Origin: an uncultured Phycisphaeraceae bacterium
GTDB lineage: Bacteria; Planctomycetota; Phycisphaerae; Phycisphaerales; Phycisphaeraceae
NCBI GenBank assembly: GCA_964614575.1
Contig: CAZTLX010000037.1
Span: forward strand, 6,417-24,430
DNA: 18,014 bases
Direction: 5' to 3'
In this document: in pieces, positions 15,361-18,014 of the stretch
How positions within the stretch are numbered: the first letter of the stretch is position 1
Layout of the letters: each line of letters begins with the position of its first letter
Notes under the pieces: model-generated
Told to the model about the DNA's origin: nothing
Seen by the model: the letters and a program-made list of their open reading frames with translations, nothing else
Database searches by the model: none
Translations under genes and position numbers: made by a program

Positions 15361-16539
15361 CTAGGGGTCGGACGCGTTATCCGCGTCGTCGGCCCCACCG
15401 CTCAGCGGACACGGCGGGGTGTTGCCGTGGCCCGTCAGAGCACGCACCTGCTCGACCAAGTCGCCTCGGCCGAGCAGGAAGGTCGCCTTCGTGCCGCGCA
15501 GGACCTCCTGCAGGGCTTCGAGCTCCTTCATCCGCGCGAGGACCGGGTTGTCCGCCAACAGCTTCGCGGTGTTCGCCTGGCTGCGGGCGGCCGCGGTCTC
15601 CTCGCGGCGACGGATCAGGTTGGCCTCGGCCTGCTTCTGGGCGAGGATCACCTCGTTGAGGATGACCTTCATCTCGCCCGGCAGGATCACATCACGCAGG
15701 CCCACACCCAGCACGCTGATACCGAACGCCTCGGCGCGCGGCACCAGCGCGTGACGCACCTCGCCACCGACCGCGTCCTTGTCGGCCAGCAGCTTGTCGA
15801 GCGTCCGGCCGCCGACCGCTTCACGCAGCATCAACTGCGCTTCGCGGTAGAGCGTTTGGGCGTGATCGTTGACCGTGGTCAGTGCCGCGACCGCGTCGCG
15901 CACCTGATAGGTGACGACGAGGTTCACTCGGAGCGTGACCTTGTCGGCGGTCATGATCTCCTGGCCCGCGACGTCGGCGACCTGCTCGCGCAGGTCCACC
16001 GCCTTCCACACGACCTTGCCGGCGTGCTTCCAGTACACGTGGAGGCCCGGGCCCAGTTCGGCGACCAACTCACCCTCGCGGAACAGCAGCACACGCTCGT
16101 GGCTCTCGACGCGGATGCCGTCGAGATAGGTGCCGCCGCCCTGGAAGCCGAGGATCGCTTCGATCTTCGGGTGGGTGAAGGTGAACTCGGTCACGTCATG
16201 GGTCTCGACCACGATCTTGGCCGGCGCGTTCCAGAAGGCGTGGCGGCCCGGGCCGAGAATGTAAGCCAGGCGGCCGTCCTTCCACACCAGCGCGCGCTGG
16301 GTGTCGGTCAGGTCCGCGACGGTCAGGTGTTCGCGCACCGCGTCGTGATGAACCAGCAGGTCCAGCAACGGGTGGGTGAACTTGGCGTCGAGGGTGTTGA
16401 CGATCTCGACCTGGTCCCGGCCGCGGCCCAACAGCCGGCCCGGCAGCCAGACCACGCCCGGCTTGAGCACGGCACGGAAATCGCCGTGGCGGAACCACAG
16501 GCCCAGTTCGTGCGAACGGATTCGGGTCTTGATGAACAT
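15361..16539 (-). CDS. SPFH/band-7 (stomatin/prohibitin-like) domain protein with N-terminal beta-rich repeat region
   Basis: The C-terminal half (DKVTLRVNLVVTYQVRD...GISVLGVGLRDVILPGEM...AQKQAEANLIRRREETAAARSQA...) is a typical SPFH domain plus coiled coil. ATG at 16539 has a strong RBS AAGGAG 8 nt upstream. The ORF continues to 16842 but that extension is Arg/Pro-rich noise. Confidence 0.75.
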   Translation of the reverse strand: MFIKTRIRSHELGLWFRHGDFRAVLKPGVVWLPGRLLGRGRDQVEIVNTLDAKFTHPLLDLLVHHDAVREHLTVADLTDTQRALVWKDGRLAYILGPGRHAFWNAPAKIVVETHDVTEFTFTHPKIEAILGFQGGGTYLDGIRVESHERVLLFREGELVAELGPGLHVYWKHAGKVVWKAVDLREQVADVAGQEIMTADKVTLRVNLVVTYQVRDAVAALTTVNDHAQTLYREAQLMLREAVGGRTLDKLLADKDAVGGEVRHALVPRAEAFGISVLGVGLRDVILPGEMKVILNEVILAQKQAEANLIRRREETAAARSQANTAKLLADNPVLARMKELEALQEVLRGTKATFLLGRGDLVEQVRALTGHGNTPPCPLSGGADDADNASDP

Positions 16540-16919
16540 CTCTAAGGCTCCTTTTTTGGAGGTTGCAAGAAAAACCGCGGTGAACGCCACCACGGTTTGG
16601 GGTGAAAAGAAGGTGAGTCGGGGGGAGCGCAACGGGCGTGCCCCGTGTGTTCGGCGGAGGCCGGCTTGAGGCGTGCGCCAGGGACCGCGCTGCGCCGCAC
16701 GGCCGCACGCCGACTTACGCCCCGCCCCGGATCGGGGACGCGCGCACGGCGTGGGGCCGGACAGCCGCCACGGTTTGCGACTCCGGTATCCACCGGCTTC
16801 AAGGCCGACGCCGCGGTGCCGTGCATCGCTTGCTTGTTTCACCGAAGCGAAACGCGCTGAACCGATGCGTGGCTGGCACGTCGATGAGCAAGTTCCCCCG
16901 ACTCACGAGGAGGCGCAAC

Positions 16920-16966
16920 TGGCGCCGACAGGGGGAGTCGAACCCCAAGGGTGGGCAACCCTGACC
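16920..16966 (-). pseudogene. Orphan tRNA 3' fragment (T-arm + acceptor 3' strand + encoded CCA) with no 5' partner
   Basis: Minus strand reads ...GGGGTTCGACTCCCCC-TGTCGGC-G-CCA, ending at 16920. The required 5' acceptor strand GCCGACA is absent from the adjacent sequence. Upstream is a pseudo anticodon arm AGGG-TTGCCCA-CCCT. Confidence 0.3.
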
Positions 16967-17040
16967 AGGTCCAGGCGGGAGTCGAACCCGCGACCGACGG
17001 ATTCTCAGTCCGTTGCTCTTACCTACTGAGCTACTGGTGT
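16967..17040 (-). pseudogene. Degenerate tRNA-like sequence (class I fold, anticodon GAG, defective acceptor stem)
   Basis: ACACCAG-TA-GCTC-AGTAGGTAA-GAGC-A-ACGGA-CTGAGAA-TCCGT-CGGTC-GCGGG-TTCGACT-CCCGC-CTGGACC. Only 4 of 7 acceptor pairs form. A GAG anticodon in a short-variable-arm tRNA has no standard identity. Its 5' end abuts the next tRNA-like gene with no spacer. Confidence 0.35.
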
Positions 17041-17108
17041 GTGTCAGGCCGGACTCGAACCGGCACCCACGGCGTTGAGCCGCGGCTCTACCGTTGAGCT
17101 ACTGACGC
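17041..17108 (-). tRNA. tRNA-like gene, atypical (anticodon loop CTCAACG; possible CAA), acceptor with C-A mismatch
   Basis: GCGTCAG-TA-GCTC-AACGGTA-GAGC-CGCGG-CTCAACG-CCGTG-GGT-GCCGG-TTCGAGT-CCGGC-CTGACAC. Good D- and T-arms. There is no position 26, the variable loop is 3 nt, position 37 is a pyrimidine and the 3' tail is CACACCA-like. Confidence 0.35.
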
Positions 17109-17204
17109 CCGTCGCATCAACCGGCAAAACCCGTGTCGCGGAACGCCCCGAGCCGATCGCGGGACGAGGTCGGGGACGCCGCCGGACGGCCGATGCGAAA
17201 GAAG

Positions 17205-17277
17205 CACGCGTGGAAGGATTCGAACCTCCATCGGACGGAGCTGGAATCCGCCGCTCTGCCGGTTGAGCTACACGCGC
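17205..17277 (-). tRNA. tRNA-Trp (anticodon CCA)
   Basis: GCGCGTG-TA-GCTC-AACCGGCA-GAGC-G-GCGGA-TTCCAGC-TCCGT-CCGAT-GGAGG-TTCGAAT-CCTTC-CACGCGT-G. Canonical cloverleaf, discriminator G, CCA not encoded. Confidence 0.8.
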
Positions 17278-17301
17278 AACAACAACAACAACAACAACAA
17301 C
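17278..17301. repeat. (AAC)8 trinucleotide microsatellite ((GTT)8 on the tRNA-coding strand)
   Basis: Eight perfect AAC units occupy 17278-17301, followed by AAG. Together they make up the entire 27-nt spacer between tRNA-Trp and tRNA-Asn. Confidence 0.9.
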
Positions 17302-17304
17302 AAG

Positions 17305-17376
17305 CAGCCCGGGCTGGATTCGAACCAGCAACGCCCCGCTTAACAGGCGGGCGCTCAACCGTTGAGCTACCGGGCT
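17305..17376 (-). tRNA. tRNA-Asn (anticodon GTT)
   Basis: AGCCCGG-TA-GCTC-AACGGTT-GAGC-G-CCCGC-CTGTTAA-GCGGG-GCGTT-GCTGG-TTCGAAT-CCAGC-CCGGGCT-G. Perfect 7-bp acceptor, U33, A37, discriminator G. Confidence 0.8.
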
Positions 17377-17392
17377 AGGGAACCCATAACAA

Positions 17393-17464
17393 TCAGGGGA
17401 GGAGGATTCGAACCCACTTCCTCGGGATCACCGCCCGAAGCTTTACCCCATAAGCTATCCCCTG
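17393..17464 (-). tRNA. tRNA-His-like (anticodon GTG), atypical: G33, discriminator A, no G-1, one T-stem mismatch
   Basis: CAGGGGA-TA-GCTT-ATGGGGTAA-AAGC-T-TCGGG-CGGTGAT-CCCGA-GGAA-GTGGG-TTCGAAT-CCTCC-TCCCCTG-A. Perfect acceptor stem, but several non-canonical positions. Confidence 0.5.
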
Positions 17465-17471
17465 TTCTCAA

Positions 17472-17544
17472 TCACCCCGGCAGGATTCGAACCTGCACCT
17501 TGCGGATTCGTAGTCCGCTGCCCATCCGATTGGACCTCGGGGTG
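17472..17544 (-). tRNA. tRNA-Arg (anticodon ACG); A instead of U at position 8
   Basis: CACCCCG-AG-GTCC-AATCGGAT-GGGC-A-GCGGA-CTACGAA-TCCGC-AAGGT-GCAGG-TTCGAAT-CCTGC-CGGGGTG-A. Perfect acceptor and anticodon stems. Confidence 0.65.
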
Positions 17545-17552
17545 GGTGTCAA

Positions 17553-17625
17553 CGGCGCTGGCGGGGCTTGAACCCGCGGCCTCTTCCTTGACGGGGAAGC
17601 GCTCTGCCTGCTGAGCTACAGCACC
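17553..17625 (-). tRNA. tRNA-Asp (anticodon GTC); C at position 33
   Basis: GGTGCTG-TA-GCTC-AGCAGGCA-GAGC-G-CTTCC-CCGTCAA-GGAAG-AGGCC-GCGGG-TTCAAGC-CCCGC-CAGCGCC-G. Discriminator G as expected for Asp. Confidence 0.65.
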
Positions 17626-17765
17626 AAAAGGGTCGTGGAGGGGGCCCCCGCCGGGCTCAAGCGTGTCGACGCGATCCCGGCGGCCATGCCACGACCCGGA
17701 TGAACTCACACGGCTCGTTTCACCCGCGCGTGCGTCGCACGTGAAGCGGGCTTTGCCGTGTGGAA

Positions 17766-17837
17766 TCGACCCGGGAGGAATTGAACCTCCGACCTGCCGC
17801 TTATCAGGCGACCGCTCTACCGCTGAGCTACGGGTCA
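17766..17837 (-). tRNA. tRNA-Ile (anticodon GAT)
   Basis: TGACCCG-TA-GCTC-AGCGGTA-GAGC-G-GTCGC-CTGATAA-GCGGC-AGGTC-GGAGG-TTCAATT-CCTCC-CGGGTCG-A. U33 and A37 are present. Discriminator A. U1.G72 wobble. Confidence 0.75.
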
Positions 17838-17973
17838 AACTCAGCCGCGACCGCACATCACGCCTTACACAGGCGTACAAGTGTTGCCGCGGCTACCATC
17901 CGCTCTTGACTTGTCAAAGATCGTGGCGTGAACCGTTCGCGCCGGGCCACCCGTTTACAGGGCCGCTCACCAA

Positions 17974-18014
17974 CTGCCGGTCCCGGAGTCGAACCGGGGT
18001 CTCCCGCGTTTGAA
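17974..18014 (-). tRNA. tRNA, 3' portion only (5' half beyond window end); identity unresolved
   Basis: Minus strand reads ...TTCAAAC-GCGGG-AGAC-CCCGG-TTCGACT-CCGGG-ACCGGCA-G: a T-arm with 7-nt acceptor 3' strand and discriminator G. The anticodon loop is cut by the window edge. Confidence 0.5.

Noticed and set aside
15268-16545. 425-aa + ORF antisense to the SPFH gene
   Set aside because: Low-complexity Arg/Leu/Asp-rich product opposite a gene with an SPFH domain and a strong AAGGAG RBS.
16920-16966. Possibility that the T-arm + acceptor + CCA fragment is the tRNA-like end of a tmRNA (standard or permuted ssrA)
   Set aside because: No complementary 5' acceptor strand (GCCGACA) was found within 400 nt on either side on the same strand. 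No tag-peptide-like reading frame ending in ..AA-stop was found. The flanking sequence is occupied by other tRNA-like genes. An orphan tRNA 3' fragment is the simpler reading.
16936-16975. Similarity of ACCAGGTCCAGG to the SRP-RNA conserved ACCAGGTCAGGTCCGG motif / RNase P RNA in the 16540-16990 non-coding stretch
   Set aside because: Only a partial match. No GGAAAGTCCGG (RNase P P4) or complete SRP domain IV could be found by eye. It is more likely a chance GC-rich similarity within tRNA-like sequence.

Overview
This is a high-GC (about 65-70%) bacterial chromosomal window with an extracellular-polysaccharide flavour (PEP-CTERM protein, Wzc-type tyrosine kinase), possibly from a PVC-like lineage. 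All gene calls rest on translating the supplied ORFs and on family knowledge; no searches were run.

Contents, left to right:
- a translationally coupled protein-tyrosine phosphatase (PHP/CpsB family, partial at the edge), a Wzc-like BY-kinase co-polymerase, a small secreted ORF and a PEP-CTERM exosortase-substrate protein, all on the minus strand;
- a plus-strand trio of a TM-anchored hypothetical, a secreted hypothetical and an M48 lipoprotein protease, followed by ubiE/menG;
- an unusual non-coding interval holding a perfect 17-bp inverted repeat, then a small ORF, then a PilZ-receiver-HPt signalling protein on the minus strand;
- murE-murF-mraY, with an AT-rich repeat-laden spacer between murF and mraY;
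- a small MerR/excisionase-like HTH gene, a tRNA-Gly, an SPFH/band-7 protein, and a minus-strand tRNA array (Trp, Asn, His-like, Arg, Asp, Ile, one partial) plus three degenerate tRNA-like sequences.

The most unusual observations are:
- two AT-rich, in-frame, near-identical palindromic insertions inside murE, which look like an RPE/MITE-type element colonising an essential gene;
- the 17-bp perfect inverted-repeat element after ubiE;
- the AT-rich spacer before mraY, carrying 9-bp-phased CAGAT/ATCTG motifs and a near-consensus sigma70 promoter;
- an (AAC)8 microsatellite that forms the whole spacer between tRNA-Trp and tRNA-Asn;
- several tRNAs that, on hand folding, have non-canonical positions, next to an orphan tRNA 3' fragment.

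The long ORFs antisense to the real genes are GC-frame artefacts.
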